Shown here: positions 33,465 through 43,576 of the stretch, piece after piece
Layout of the letters: each line of letters starts with the position of its first letter
How positions within the stretch are numbered: the stretch's first letter is position 1
From: a virus
Direction: 5' to 3' (one strand)
DNA length: 64,000 nucleotides
Virus record (IMG/VR): IMGVR_UViG_3300013738_000004
Span: 1,931 to 65,930 of that record
The notes under the pieces: model-generated
Told to the model about the DNA's origin: nothing
Database searches by the model: none
What the model saw: only the letters and a program-made list of their open reading frames with translations
Program-made: the position numbers and the translations under genes

Positions 33465-33593
33465 ATGAACGTCTATACCCTAACGGGCCAGTATTGGAAT
33501 GCGTGTGCTCGCAACGCTTGGCTATGGTCACAGTACTCGCGTCAATGGTCGGTGTGGTACGACGGCTTGGCGCTGGCGTGCTACGGCCTGTAG
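33465..33593 (+). CDS. Small Trp/Tyr-rich peptide (42 aa)
   Basis: AAAGG RBS; MNVYTLTGQYWNAC... Confidence 0.4.
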   Translation: MNVYTLTGQYWNACARNAWLWSQYSRQWSVWYDGLALACYGL

Positions 33594-33812
33594 CGCCTTT
33601 CTGCGTGCGTCTCTAGTGGGCGTAGGCACGAAGGCGAAATTAGCGACGCGCGATCCGATTGGATGCCACTGCGCCATGCGGTCGTGACAAAGTAGCCCTC
33701 CCCAAAAGGCAGTTGCCGGATTCTGCTAGGCGTCGATAACGGGCGCATAAACAACACCGGCCAATTTCTCCTCAGGTTGCTCACGCGACTTTGCCCGTAG
33801 GGGCTTTCTTAT

Positions 33813-34070
33813 ATGGACGATACCGTCGAATCCTACTTCGCCACTATGCAGGCAGCGTTCGACAAGGTATTCAGCGCTCCCGAGATGGTCCAGCCGAAGA
33901 CGTACACGGCGATTGACGTCTCGCGCATCCCTCCGAAGCCCTGGCCGTGGCCCAGATCAATGGCCGCCGTCGAGATTGCCGAGTACGAAGCGCTGCTGGG
34001 CGGCGAATACCGTGTCACGCGCGGGGTTGTGACGGCGCGAGGTGATCAGGTGTTTGGTGAGCCGCGATGA
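33813..34070 (+). CDS. Phage hypothetical protein
   Basis: ORF coupled to the next gene. Confidence 0.55.
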   Translation: MDDTVESYFATMQAAFDKVFSAPEMVQPKTYTAIDVSRIPPKPWPWPRSMAAVEIAEYEALLGGEYRVTRGVVTARGDQVFGEPR

Positions 34071-34333
34071 ATCTCTTACGCAGACTACAAATCTGGTGGG
34101 ATGACCTCGGATGGATGGGCGAGGCCGAAGAATTCATCGACAACTTCCTCGACGTCTACGAGGCTAGCGGCGGCCCCAGGCCGATGAGCAAGCGGCTTCG
34201 AGGCGAGACGATGCGGGAATACCGCGCGCGGTATGTAGAATGGCTAACGGCTCCGCACACGTATTCGAACTGGGCTAGTGATCAGCTGGTAAAGCCTATC
34301 AGCCATAGAATCGACCCGGCATTGACTCGGTAA
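34067..34333 (+). CDS. Phage hypothetical protein
   Basis: Coupled ORF. Confidence 0.55.
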   Translation: MNLLRRLQIWWDDLGWMGEAEEFIDNFLDVYEASGGPRPMSKRLRGETMREYRARYVEWLTAPHTYSNWASDQLVKPISHRIDPALTR

Positions 34334-34482
34334 GCGCTGGTCATGAACCGACCGTGCTCATCGTCGCCAAGTGCTAGTGGATCAGACATTTCGCTGTGAA
34401 AGCTGGTGACGGCTACGCGCAGGGTGTTCACCTCCGCCTCGGTCAGTGGCCGGCCGTTGATGGTGATGATGGGATCGGCCAT
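34282..34482 (-). CDS. Moron hypothetical protein
   Basis: ITINGRPLTEAEVNTLRVAV. Confidence 0.6.
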   Translation of the reverse strand: MADPIITINGRPLTEAEVNTLRVAVTSFHSEMSDPLALGDDEHGRFMTSAYRVNAGSILWLIGFTS

Positions 34483-34483
34483 G

Positions 34484-34663
34484 TCACTTCCTGATGAGTT
34501 GGCCGCAGCACGGGCAGCGCTTGTGCTCAGTATTCTCGGCGTTGAGCTTGGCGCGCGTCACGGTAGACGGCGACAGACCGAACTGCTTGGCGGCGGCATA
34601 GGGCGTGGCTCCCGGGTTCTCCTTGAGCCATTGCAGGGCCTGCTGAGTCTTGCTGAGTGCCAT
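34484..34663 (-). CDS. Small HTH protein with C-terminal CPCCG Zn-ribbon (59 aa)
   Basis: Own translation ...NPGATPYAAAKQFGLSPSTVTRA...KRCPCCGQ; AGGAGG RBS. Confidence 0.75.
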   Translation of the reverse strand: MALSKTQQALQWLKENPGATPYAAAKQFGLSPSTVTRAKLNAENTEHKRCPCCGQLIRK

Positions 34664-34672
34664 AGATCCTCC

Positions 34673-34867
34673 TTAGTAGCCCAGCCAGTCACGCGCGGCT
34701 TGCATGTTGTTCTCAATGAGCGTCCAGTACGGTCCATAGAACTCACGGGCCGTATCCGGGAAGCCTTCTCCTGCGAACTGCTCCTCGCCCAGCAACTTGC
34801 CATTGGGCAACATGACGACGCGCACGGCGTGGGTGCGGATGAATGCGCATACAGGGGCTTGGCTCAT
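34673..34867 (-). CDS. Moron hypothetical protein
   Basis: GGAG RBS; first gene of the divergent three-gene unit. Confidence 0.6.
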   Translation of the reverse strand: MSQAPVCAFIRTHAVRVVMLPNGKLLGEEQFAGEGFPDTAREFYGPYWTLIENNMQAARDWLGY

Positions 34868-34948
34868 GATCGGCTCCGCGGTGTTGAGTCAGTAATAGCA
34901 GTATGTGCTAACACATAGCAAATAGCAAGCACCCAAAGAGAAATATTT

Positions 34949-35530
34949 ATGGGCCGAAAGTCAGCCCTGACGCCCGAGCAATGGATCGAGATTGAGCGGC
35001 GCCACCTGATCGACGGGGAGTCAATCAACTCTCTGGCGAAAGCGTTCAAGGTGGATGAGTCCACCATCCGGAAGAAAATAAACCCGAATAAACCCGAACG
35101 GGATAAATCCGCCAAACCCTTACGGGAACTGGCTCAAGAGAAAGCGGAGTCCGATCGGCGCTCAAAAGATATTTCCGATCAAATCGCCGCTTTGCCCGTC
35201 GCTCGCCAGCGTATCGTCACCGACCTTGCGCAGCGCCTGACGAACATCAGCGGGCACCTCGCATCGGCTGCTGAATATGGGGCCGCGACGGCTCATCGCC
35301 TCTCCGGGATCGCCCACATGAAGGTGGCTGAGATAGACGATAGCGCGCCTTTGGCTGAGAACATCCTCACGCTCAAGGACATCTCCATTCTCACGAAGAT
35401 GGCGAACGAGTCGAGCGAAATCGGCATGAACCTGCTGCGCGCGAACAAGGAAGCCGTCGAGCGCCTGAACGAACCCGAATCCGACCGCGAAACCCTCTTG
35501 CGCGAGATCGCCGAACGACTACCTGACTAA
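34949..35530 (+). CDS. terS: Terminase small subunit
   Basis: N-terminal HTH (ESINSLAKAFKVDESTIRK); immediately upstream of terL. Confidence 0.8.
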   Translation: MGRKSALTPEQWIEIERRHLIDGESINSLAKAFKVDESTIRKKINPNKPERDKSAKPLRELAQEKAESDRRSKDISDQIAALPVARQRIVTDLAQRLTNISGHLASAAEYGAATAHRLSGIAHMKVAEIDDSAPLAENILTLKDISILTKMANESSEIGMNLLRANKEAVERLNEPESDRETLLREIAERLPD

Positions 35531-36859
35531 ATGGCCATCAGTCTGCAAACCCAGCGTGAACTTGAGCGTTGGTACAGGCTGATCGACCATCCGGTCCAAA
35601 CGGACCTCATCCACGCCGTCGAGAATGGCGTGCGATTCCCGGTAGTTCCTGCTGGACGACGGTCGGGCAAGACTGAGCGAGCAAAGCGCTTCGTTGCCAA
35701 GATGGCGATGAAGAATCCAGGCGAGATGTACTTCATTGCCGCGCCGACGCGCGATCAGACAAAAAAGATTTATTGGTCGGACATGAAGAAGTTGTGTCTG
35801 ACGAGCCTGTGCAGCAAGCCGCCGTCAGAAACTGAACTGATCATCTTTCTGGACAACGGCACGCAGGTTCAGCTGATCGGCCTGGATCGCCCGGAGCGTA
35901 TCGAAGGCGTGTTCTGGTCTGGCGGCGTCATTGACGAGATCGCGGACGTGAAACAGGAGGCGTGGGAGGCAAATATCCGCCCGGCGCTTGACACGTTCAA
36001 CCCGACGCGCCCGGATTACAAGGCGTGGTGCTGGCTCATTGGCGTGCCGGATGGCCTGAACCACTACTACGAGATGGCGCAGTACGCGGAGACTGCGAAC
36101 GACCCCGACTGGAAACTGTTCCACTGGAAGAGTTCGGAGATTCTGCCAGCCGAGACGATCGCCGCGGCCAAACGGCAAATGTCGCCGAAGCAGTACAAGC
36201 AGGAATACGAGGCGAGTTTCGAAACTGCTTCAGGCCGGATCTACGAGGATTACAGCAAGGACAATTACACGTCCGAGATCATCCTTCCGCACGAACAATT
36301 GCTGTGGTATCACGACTTCAACTTCACGCCGCTCTCGAGCGGTATCGGGGTGCGGCGCAAAGATTCGCTGTATCTGCTCGACGAAATCATTCTGACGTCG
36401 GCTGTCTCGCGTCAATCGGCGCTGGAGTTTGTCGACAAGTACCGGACCCATCAAAACCGCGAAGTCATCATCTACGGTGATCCGGCTGGCAAGGCTGGCG
36501 AGAAGCACGGCCACGCGTCGGACTATACCGAGATGGAAAAGGTGCTGCGCGACAACGGATGGACGTTCAAGCGCCGCGTGAAGCCTGCCGCTCCAGCGAT
36601 CAAGGACCGGCAAAACGCGGTGCGCGCGAAGATCAAGAATGCGGCCGGCGAGGTTTCGCTATTCGTGAACGCCAAACAGGCACCGTACACGCACAAGGGA
36701 TTGGCGACGACGCAACTCAAGGAGGGGTCATCGTTTCTTGAGGCCGAATCGGACTATCAGCACATCACGACGGCGATTGGCTACATGACGGATGTCGAGT
36801 TCCCGGTTGTGCGCGGTACGCCCACCCAATCCGCCCACGTCCCCCATATGCACAGGTAA
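35531..36859 (+). CDS. terL: Terminase large subunit
   Basis: Walker A AGRRSGKT, Walker B GVIDE, C-terminal RNase H-like nuclease (WYHDFN, YGDPAG). Confidence 0.95.
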   Translation: MAISLQTQRELERWYRLIDHPVQTDLIHAVENGVRFPVVPAGRRSGKTERAKRFVAKMAMKNPGEMYFIAAPTRDQTKKIYWSDMKKLCLTSLCSKPPSETELIIFLDNGTQVQLIGLDRPERIEGVFWSGGVIDEIADVKQEAWEANIRPALDTFNPTRPDYKAWCWLIGVPDGLNHYYEMAQYAETANDPDWKLFHWKSSEILPAETIAAAKRQMSPKQYKQEYEASFETASGRIYEDYSKDNYTSEIILPHEQLLWYHDFNFTPLSSGIGVRRKDSLYLLDEIILTSAVSRQSALEFVDKYRTHQNREVIIYGDPAGKAGEKHGHASDYTEMEKVLRDNGWTFKRRVKPAAPAIKDRQNAVRAKIKNAAGEVSLFVNAKQAPYTHKGLATTQLKEGSSFLEAESDYQHITTAIGYMTDVEFPVVRGTPTQSAHVPHMHR

Positions 36860-36864
36860 CGAAA

Positions 36865-38316
36865 TTGTTCAAAACCATCCAGTCCAAGCTGCCGAAAGAC
36901 AAGGATCTGCCGGAGCGCAATTTCCGGCTCCAGGTCCTGCAGCGTGTGCTGAATGGCACGCTGTACGACGAGCTTCCTCACGCCTTCCACGAAGAGCAGA
37001 ACGGCGCCGAGGAATACATTCCGCTGCGTGACCGGCGTCCGTGTGTGCGCTCGAATCTGTGCCGCACAGTGGTTGATGATTCCGTCTCGCTGCTGTTCTC
37101 GGAGGGGCATTTCCCGACCGTCGAGATGGACAGCGACGAGCAGAAGGCCGCGATCGCCAAGCTCGTGAAGGAAATCAAGCTCAACGCAGTGATGATCGAT
37201 GCTGCGACGCGCGGTTCCGTTGGCTCGGTCGCGATTCTGTTTCGCGTGCTCAAGAAGCGCGTCTTCCTCGACGTGATGGGCACCGAATATCTCACACCGA
37301 ACTGGGATACCGAAGCGCCCGATACGCTGCTGTCGGTGACGGAGAAATACAAGGTCAGCGGGACAAGCCTCGCAGCGCAGGGCTATGCGATTGCGAAAGA
37401 TGAGTTGGGCGCGACGTTCTGGTTTCAACGAGACTGGAACGACGGCGCTGAAGTGTGGTATCTGCCATGGAAGGTTGCCGACGAGAATCAAGAGCCGAAG
37501 ATCGACAAAGACAAGACGGTCGAGCATGAACTCGGCTTCGTGCCTGTCGTGTGGATACGCAATCTCCCTGGCGGGGATGCGATTGACGGCGCTCCGACGT
37601 TCGCCGACGAAGCGATCGACACGCAGATCGAGATCGATTACCAGCTCTCACAGGCTGGCCGCGGGCTGAAGTACACGTCCGATCCGACGCTACTCATCAA
37701 GGAGCCGGCATACGGCGAACAAGGCCCGACCGTCAAGGGTGCGGCCAACGCGATCAAAGTGTCAGCCGAGGGCGACGCCAAGTTGCTCGAAATCAACGGT
37801 ACGGGCGCTGCTGCGGTGCTGGATTACGTCAAGCATCTGCGTGAAATCGCGATTGAGACGATGCACGGCGACCAGACGAGCCCCGAAAAGATGGCGGCTG
37901 TCCAGTCTGGGCGTGCGATGGAAATCGCCAAGCGTGCACTGGTGAACCTCGCCGACCGGCTGCGCATTAGCTACGGCGAAGAGGCAATCTGCCAGATTGT
38001 CTGCATGGTCGTCAAGGCATCGCAGAAGATCGCGCTGCAGTTCAAGAATGGCGCCAAGGTCGGCAAGTTCGACCAGAACGCGGAAATCTCGCTGCGCTGG
38101 CCAGACTGGTTCGAGCCGACGCTGCAGGACATGGCGGCACGCGCGACCACGCTCAAGACGCTCTGTGACTCAGGGCTGCTCAGTCGTGAGACGGCCATCA
38201 AGATCCTGGCGGCGGAATACGACATCGATGACCCGGCTGCCGAAAAACTCCTCGCCGATGCAGACATGGCTGAAAGAAACGCTGCGGCTCAGGTGAAAGC
38301 GCAGATCAACGAATAG
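36865..38316 (+). CDS. Portal protein
   Basis: 483 aa, follows terL; GLLSRETAIK C-terminal motif. Confidence 0.85.
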   Translation: MFKTIQSKLPKDKDLPERNFRLQVLQRVLNGTLYDELPHAFHEEQNGAEEYIPLRDRRPCVRSNLCRTVVDDSVSLLFSEGHFPTVEMDSDEQKAAIAKLVKEIKLNAVMIDAATRGSVGSVAILFRVLKKRVFLDVMGTEYLTPNWDTEAPDTLLSVTEKYKVSGTSLAAQGYAIAKDELGATFWFQRDWNDGAEVWYLPWKVADENQEPKIDKDKTVEHELGFVPVVWIRNLPGGDAIDGAPTFADEAIDTQIEIDYQLSQAGRGLKYTSDPTLLIKEPAYGEQGPTVKGAANAIKVSAEGDAKLLEINGTGAAAVLDYVKHLREIAIETMHGDQTSPEKMAAVQSGRAMEIAKRALVNLADRLRISYGEEAICQIVCMVVKASQKIALQFKNGAKVGKFDQNAEISLRWPDWFEPTLQDMAARATTLKTLCDSGLLSRETAIKILAAEYDIDDPAAEKLLADADMAERNAAAQVKAQINE

Positions 38317-38324
38317 GAGCCTTC

Positions 38325-38663
38325 ATGGCTGCAGTCAGTTCATCCGGCCGCCCGATCGAGACGGTCGAGCCGCCATCAAACTATCAGGTCGTGCCCGCCA
38401 GTTCATCGAATGTCGTGCTCAAGACGGCCAACGGTGGGACCAGCGACTACATCGAAAACCTGATCTGCGTCGTTTCGACGGCGGCGACCTCGCAGGTGCA
38501 GATCAAGGACGGCACTGGCTCGGCTATCACCGTCCTGCCCAATGCCGTAGCCGGTGGCATCGGCACGTACGTTATCCGTCTCGCAGCGAAATCCAACTCT
38601 GGTAGTTGGCAAGTCACGACGGGCGCTGGCGTCTCGGTTATCGCGACAGGCGCATTCACTTAA
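38325..38663 (+). CDS. Small beta-rich virion or hypothetical protein
   Basis: Between portal and scaffold; AGGAG RBS. Confidence 0.7.
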   Translation: MAAVSSSGRPIETVEPPSNYQVVPASSSNVVLKTANGGTSDYIENLICVVSTAATSQVQIKDGTGSAITVLPNAVAGGIGTYVIRLAAKSNSGSWQVTTGAGVSVIATGAFT

Positions 38664-38699
38664 GTATCACCACCCGGCTTGATGCCGGACGTCAAACCT

Positions 38700-38726
38700 G
38701 GCCGCTTGATGCGGCCTTTTTCTTTT
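38700..38726 (+). terminator. Intrinsic terminator
   Basis: GGCCGC-TTGAT-GCGGCC followed by a T-run. Confidence 0.65.
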
Positions 38727-38738
38727 GGAGAGGGCTAG

Positions 38739-39356
38739 ATGCCTAATCTGCTTCGACAGTTGATGATGCAACACCGCCTGATGGAAGGCGATCCGACCGA
38801 CCCCGGTTCATCCGCGCCCCCGAACCCGGCCGCCGCTCCGGTGGCAGGCAAAGAGACGTTCTCCCGCGAATACGTGCAGGAACTGAGGCAGGAAAACGCC
38901 AGTTACCGCACACGCGCCATCGAGGCCGAGAAGAAGGCTCAGGAAGCCGAAACGAAGGCGACGAAGGCTGCTGAAGAGGCTGAAGCGAGGGCAAAGAAGG
39001 CCGCCGACGACGCCGACGCGAAGGTGAAGGACACGCACACTTCCGCAGAGCAACGCATCATCCGCGCCGAACTGAAGGCGGAAGCCATAAAGGCCGGCAT
39101 GGTGGACCTCGACGGCCTGAAACTGGCCGACCTGTCGAGCATCAAGATTGACGAGAAGGGCGACATCCAGGGCGCGGCCGAGATGATGGTCGCGCTCAAG
39201 GAATCGAAGCCGTATCTGTTCAAGGAAGCAACCAGCACATCCCACGCTGGCGATCCCCCTCCGAAGAAGAAAGCCGAACCCTTCGACGCTCGCACTGCGA
39301 CGCCCGAAGAACGGAAGGCAAAGGCCCGCGAGCTGGGCCTGAACCTCAAGCACTAA
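38739..39356 (+). CDS. Capsid scaffolding protein
   Basis: FSREYVQELRQENASYR, coiled coil, LKESKPYLF. Confidence 0.85.
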   Translation: MPNLLRQLMMQHRLMEGDPTDPGSSAPPNPAAAPVAGKETFSREYVQELRQENASYRTRAIEAEKKAQEAETKATKAAEEAEARAKKAADDADAKVKDTHTSAEQRIIRAELKAEAIKAGMVDLDGLKLADLSSIKIDEKGDIQGAAEMMVALKESKPYLFKEATSTSHAGDPPPKKKAEPFDARTATPEERKAKARELGLNLKH

Positions 39357-39436
39357 ACACGTAGCACCGTATCGCCCCGTGAGTCCTGACGACGAGGGGA
39401 AACGAAGTCAATTTCCCTTTATTCAGGACTCTCAAA

Positions 39437-40798
39437 ATGGCATTGAACAATCTGCCGGCCGCGCTGCAAAGCGTTATCCAAACCGGCTTCCTCGAACATC
39501 AATTCGGCCTCCCGCTGAAGGCCAAGCTCGGCTTCCGCGCGATCGCCGACCGCGAGCCGTTCACGGCAAACATCGGTGAAACGATCACCAAGACCCGCAC
39601 GGGTCTGCTCTCGGCCGTCACGACCCCGATGTCGCCGGCTGCAAACTCCGACATCACGTCGGGTCTGACGCCGCAGAACTACTCGGTCGAACAGTACATC
39701 CTGTCGATCGCGCAGTACGCCGCGAACATGCAGATCAACATCGTGACGCAGAAGGTTGCGATCGCGAACCTGTTCCTGCGCAACGCCTACGCCCTTGGCG
39801 AGCAGGCATTCCGCTCGGTCGATACGCTCGCACAACAGACCCTGTTCAACACGTACATGGGCGGCAATACCCGCGTGCGCGTGACCCTTGGTTCGCCCGG
39901 CGTGACGATCTCGGTCGACGATATCCGCGGCTTCCAGAACACGCTGAACAGCGCGGGTCAAGTCGTTGCGATTTCCGTCTCGAACCCTGTCAACGTAGTG
40001 GTTGGCTCGAACACCTACTCGCTGACGGGCGCGACCGCTGACGGCTCCAACGTCTCGACTGCGCCTGGCGGCGTCTCGGGCACGCTGACATTCTCGGGTA
40101 GCGTGACGGTGGCTGACGGTACGGCGCTCAACGCAGTTGTGTCGTCGGTGGCCCCCTATGTGGTCCGTCCGAGCCTCACGTCGAACAATGCGATGGTGGG
40201 CACGACTGCCGCTATCTCGTCGGCGAACTGTATCAACAACGGCAAGCTGACGATGGGCATGGTGCTGAACGCCAAGGCCACGATGTCGGCTAATGCGGTG
40301 CCGGTGGTGGACGCGACGGGCATGTATCACCTGTACGTCGATCCGCTTCAGGCTACCGGCCTGTACAGCGACCCGGCCTTCCAGCAGTTCTTCCGCGGTC
40401 AGGTGACGACCGAGGAATACCGTCAAGGCGTCGTTGCGGAACTGCTCGGCGTGCGCATTGAGGAAACCAACCTCAACCCGGTCCAGACGCTGTCCGGCGT
40501 CGGTAACGTTCGCCGCGGCATGCTGGTCGGTCAGGGTGCACTCGTCGAAGGCGAGTTCACCGCAGACGCGTACAGCGAAGCGCTCGATACGGTTGACAAG
40601 GACGATCTGATCACCCTCGTCGACGGTATCGCCCACGTGACCCGTGAGCCGCTGGACGCGCTCAAGCAGGTTGTGACGCAGACGTGGTCGTACATCGGCG
40701 GCTTTGTTGTGCCGACCGACACGACGACGACTTCGGCAACCGTGCCGACTGCGAACAGCTCGGCTGCGAAGCGCGGCATTCTCCTGGAATCGCTGTAA
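39437..40798 (+). CDS. Major capsid protein
   Basis: 453 aa directly after the scaffold; strongly biased codon usage. Confidence 0.85.
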   Translation: MALNNLPAALQSVIQTGFLEHQFGLPLKAKLGFRAIADREPFTANIGETITKTRTGLLSAVTTPMSPAANSDITSGLTPQNYSVEQYILSIAQYAANMQINIVTQKVAIANLFLRNAYALGEQAFRSVDTLAQQTLFNTYMGGNTRVRVTLGSPGVTISVDDIRGFQNTLNSAGQVVAISVSNPVNVVVGSNTYSLTGATADGSNVSTAPGGVSGTLTFSGSVTVADGTALNAVVSSVAPYVVRPSLTSNNAMVGTTAAISSANCINNGKLTMGMVLNAKATMSANAVPVVDATGMYHLYVDPLQATGLYSDPAFQQFFRGQVTTEEYRQGVVAELLGVRIEETNLNPVQTLSGVGNVRRGMLVGQGALVEGEFTADAYSEALDTVDKDDLITLVDGIAHVTREPLDALKQVVTQTWSYIGGFVVPTDTTTTSATVPTANSSAAKRGILLESL

Positions 40799-40844
40799 GC
40801 AACGCTGCGGGAGGGTTCGCCCTCCCGTTTTCTAAGGACGCAAC

Positions 40845-41036
40845 ATGGCACGCAAGCCAAATGAACCGATTGCCGACGAGCAAAAGTCGTCCGGCAAGTT
40901 CGTGCTGAAGAAAAACCACGGGCTGCTAGAGGGTGGTCGAAGCGGCCGATTTTTCGAGGCCGGGTCTGAGTTTGACCCCGAAACGCAATCCGATCTGATT
41001 TCGCTGCTGATTCAGAGCGGCGCGATCTTCGAGTAA
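40845..41036 (+). CDS. Small head-associated protein
   Basis: AAGGA RBS, directly after the MCP. Confidence 0.6.
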   Translation: MARKPNEPIADEQKSSGKFVLKKNHGLLEGGRSGRFFEAGSEFDPETQSDLISLLIQSGAIFE

Positions 41037-41039
41037 GCC

Positions 41040-41435
41040 ATGCCATTCACGCCATACGTTTTCACGAGTGCCCAGCTTGTCGATATCAGGCGACATACCG
41101 GGTATCCAGCGATGGGAGACGGTAATGTCGTCTTTCCCTATCCGTGGATCATGCGGAAATATCTGGCGCTGGAATACCGGCTCCAGCACATGAGCACGGA
41201 TGAGGGAAACGTCGTCGTGAATACGTATCTGGCGAATCTGACGGCGCTCGAGACAGCGATCCCGGCTTCCAGTGCCAATCTCGACACCGATCAAGCCGCA
41301 GTATGGAAACACAATCGCGACGAGGTCCAGCACCGGGCGCAGCTGTTCGATATGTGGCGCCGCCGCCTGTGCAACTTCCTCGGCGTTCCTCCTGGCCCGA
41401 ACTTCGGCGGGGTATCTAGCGCACTGGTGGTGTGA
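41040..41435 (+). CDS. Head-tail adaptor candidate
   Basis: Position; LEYRLQHMS...WRRRLCNFLGVPPGP. Confidence 0.65.
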   Translation: MPFTPYVFTSAQLVDIRRHTGYPAMGDGNVVFPYPWIMRKYLALEYRLQHMSTDEGNVVVNTYLANLTALETAIPASSANLDTDQAAVWKHNRDEVQHRAQLFDMWRRRLCNFLGVPPGPNFGGVSSALVV

Positions 41436-41867
41436 ATGACTGTCATCGCATTTGACGGCAAGACCCTCGCCGCCGATCGCATGGGCGACGCAGGCGGCTT
41501 GAGGCGCACCACGACGAAGATTCGCCGCTTTGATGGCGGACTATTCGGCTCCGCTGGTGCTGCATCGCGCGGCGCCGAGATGTTCTCATGGATTGTGGCT
41601 GGCGCAGACCCCGCTAGAGTGCCCGCGTTTCAACTTGATCCCAACGATTATCAGTCTGTGATGGTTGTTCGCAACGACGGCACGGTCTGGGTCTACGGGT
41701 GTAGCGCCTATCCCTTCCAGATGGAAGATCCGTTTCACGCGATCGGCTCCGGGCGCGACTTTGCAATTGCCGCGATGCATCTTGGTTGCAATGCCGAGCG
41801 GGCTGTTGGCGTGGCATGCCGGTTCGATTCTGGCTGCGGGATGGGCATCGATACGCTGGAGTTGTAA
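41436..41867 (+). CDS. Ntn-hydrolase / proteasome-beta (HslV-like) protein
   Basis: Thr at position 2; IAFDG..LAAD, K, GSAG, AIGSG..FAIAAM, D..CG. Confidence 0.8.
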   Translation: MTVIAFDGKTLAADRMGDAGGLRRTTTKIRRFDGGLFGSAGAASRGAEMFSWIVAGADPARVPAFQLDPNDYQSVMVVRNDGTVWVYGCSAYPFQMEDPFHAIGSGRDFAIAAMHLGCNAERAVGVACRFDSGCGMGIDTLEL

Positions 41868-42509
41868 TTGGATAGCGCCACTTTGCAAGCGCGGATTTAC
41901 AAAGGCTACGGTCTCGCTGCCCTGCGCATCGGCCCCGTCTACAGCCTCTACCGCCCCACTTCTGCGACGAATCCGATCAGCGCAAACACCCTTCTCGGCA
42001 CGCTCAACGCGAGCTTCAACGCCGAGGACATGACTTACACGAAACCTCGTGGTTATGCAAAAGCCACGTGGTATGCGCTGCTTGATGGATCGTTGACCAA
42101 GGTCGGCGATTACCTCATCGGCGACAAGACGTTTTTCATCGCGGCACAGCAGGACACGCTGCCGATTCTGGCGGTTGAGTGCACGAACACGGTCAACCTG
42201 CTGCGCCCCGCCCAGCAGTCTACAGTCGGCGCGGTTGGCTACGGTGGCGACACGGCGGCTGGCGAAACGATGCTCATGAAGCAGTGGCCCTGCTCGATCC
42301 TGCAAGGCACAAAGGGCGAGAAAAATGAAGTCAACCTGCCGGGGGATACACGTAATCCGTGGTGGGTCGTATTGCTTCCTTATTGGTCGGGCGTGACGCT
42401 TCGCACCTCCGACATCATCACCGACGACATGAGCCGGCGCCTGGTCATCAGCAGCGCCGAAAAAACGCCCCTCGGGTGGCGGCTAACCGCGCAACAGGCA
42501 CAGACATAA
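41868..42509 (+). CDS. Head closure / virion protein
   Basis: Position in the neck module. Confidence 0.65.
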   Translation: MDSATLQARIYKGYGLAALRIGPVYSLYRPTSATNPISANTLLGTLNASFNAEDMTYTKPRGYAKATWYALLDGSLTKVGDYLIGDKTFFIAAQQDTLPILAVECTNTVNLLRPAQQSTVGAVGYGGDTAAGETMLMKQWPCSILQGTKGEKNEVNLPGDTRNPWWVVLLPYWSGVTLRTSDIITDDMSRRLVISSAEKTPLGWRLTAQQAQT

Positions 42510-42511
42510 AA

Positions 42512-43378
42512 ATGGCGGACTTAGCTGATTGTCAAGATTCTTTGGTCTCCCTGATCGCCAGCACGCTTTACCCCAACGGAACCAGTCAGCCATCCGCTCC
42601 AGGCATTCCGGTCCGCGTCTATGCCGGCTGGCCCACGGCAGCGCAACTCGACGCCGATCTGCTGGGTGGAACTGCCCACGTCTCCGTCTTCAACCGCGAA
42701 TCAAAGAACTCGACGCGCTACCAGCTTGCGCAGGTCGATCCGGTCGTCACTGCACCGCTTCTGACGCTGACGATCTCGGGCCGCACGGTCACGGTAGGCG
42801 GCACAGTAGCCGCGGGCGTCAATACTGCCGTCATCGTCGGCACGAACGCATTCACGTACCAGACGGTCGCAAATGACACGCTCAGCACGATTGCAACGGC
42901 GCTCGCGAACAGCATCAATCTGACCTATCCCGGCACATCCGCATCCGGCGCAGTCATCACGTTGCCGAACAGTGGTCCAGCGATCAACGCCGCTAGAGTC
43001 GGTGGCAGCGCATCGCAGTCGATCGAAGTTGGCCGCGTCGAACAGGTCTTCCAGATCACGGTCTGGGCGAACACGCCGGCCAATCGCAAGGCCATCGCAT
43101 CGCTGATCGTGCCGACGCTGATGCAAAGCCACTTCCTGACGCTCGCCGATGGCTCTGCCGCGCGCCTGATCCTCAAGGGCCAGCGCGACGACGATGTGCC
43201 GCAGAAAGAACTGCTGTACCGCCGCGACATCATGGTCACCGTTGAGTACGTCGAGACGGCAAGCGTGACCGCTACGACAGTGGTCGATATCGTCCAGAAC
43301 ACGTCGGTTGGCGTGAATGGATTCAACGGCACGACGAATTCGCAGCTTTACCCGAACACGACAACCGTCAACACATAG
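42512..43378 (+). CDS. Tail terminator / completion-like protein
   Basis: Upstream of the sheath; VYAGWP and QVFQITVWA motifs. Confidence 0.7.
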   Translation: MADLADCQDSLVSLIASTLYPNGTSQPSAPGIPVRVYAGWPTAAQLDADLLGGTAHVSVFNRESKNSTRYQLAQVDPVVTAPLLTLTISGRTVTVGGTVAAGVNTAVIVGTNAFTYQTVANDTLSTIATALANSINLTYPGTSASGAVITLPNSGPAINAARVGGSASQSIEVGRVEQVFQITVWANTPANRKAIASLIVPTLMQSHFLTLADGSAARLILKGQRDDDVPQKELLYRRDIMVTVEYVETASVTATTVVDIVQNTSVGVNGFNGTTNSQLYPNTTTVNT

Positions 43379-43386
43379 GAACGCAC

Positions 43387-43524
43387 ATGCAATTTCATCT
43401 GATCGTCCGCGAGCCGTTCGGCGGCTATGCGAAGGGCGAAAAAATCACCGACGAGGCCAAAGTCGCCGAGATCCTGGCCGGCGAGAACGAGCACCACGTC
43501 ATCAAGATTGTCGCCGCGGAATAA
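43387..43524 (+). CDS. Small virion-associated protein (45 aa)
   Basis: Own translation MQFHLIVREPFGGYAKGEKITD...; AGGA RBS. Confidence 0.65.
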   Translation: MQFHLIVREPFGGYAKGEKITDEAKVAEILAGENEHHVIKIVAAE

Positions 43525-43545
43525 CCCGACACTCGCTTCACCCGA

Positions 43546-43576
43546 AGGCCTGCCACTGCGCAGGCCTTTTTGTTTT
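43546..43576 (+). terminator. Intrinsic terminator with CACTG loop
   Basis: AGGCCTGC-CACTGC-GCAGGCCT followed by a T-run. Confidence 0.7.

Noticed and set aside
39419-40636. Long antisense ORFs over the capsid, sheath (44188-46203), SSAP (8608-9762) and tape measure genes
   Set aside because: These are shadow ORFs from GC-rich codon bias, with no motifs or RBS.
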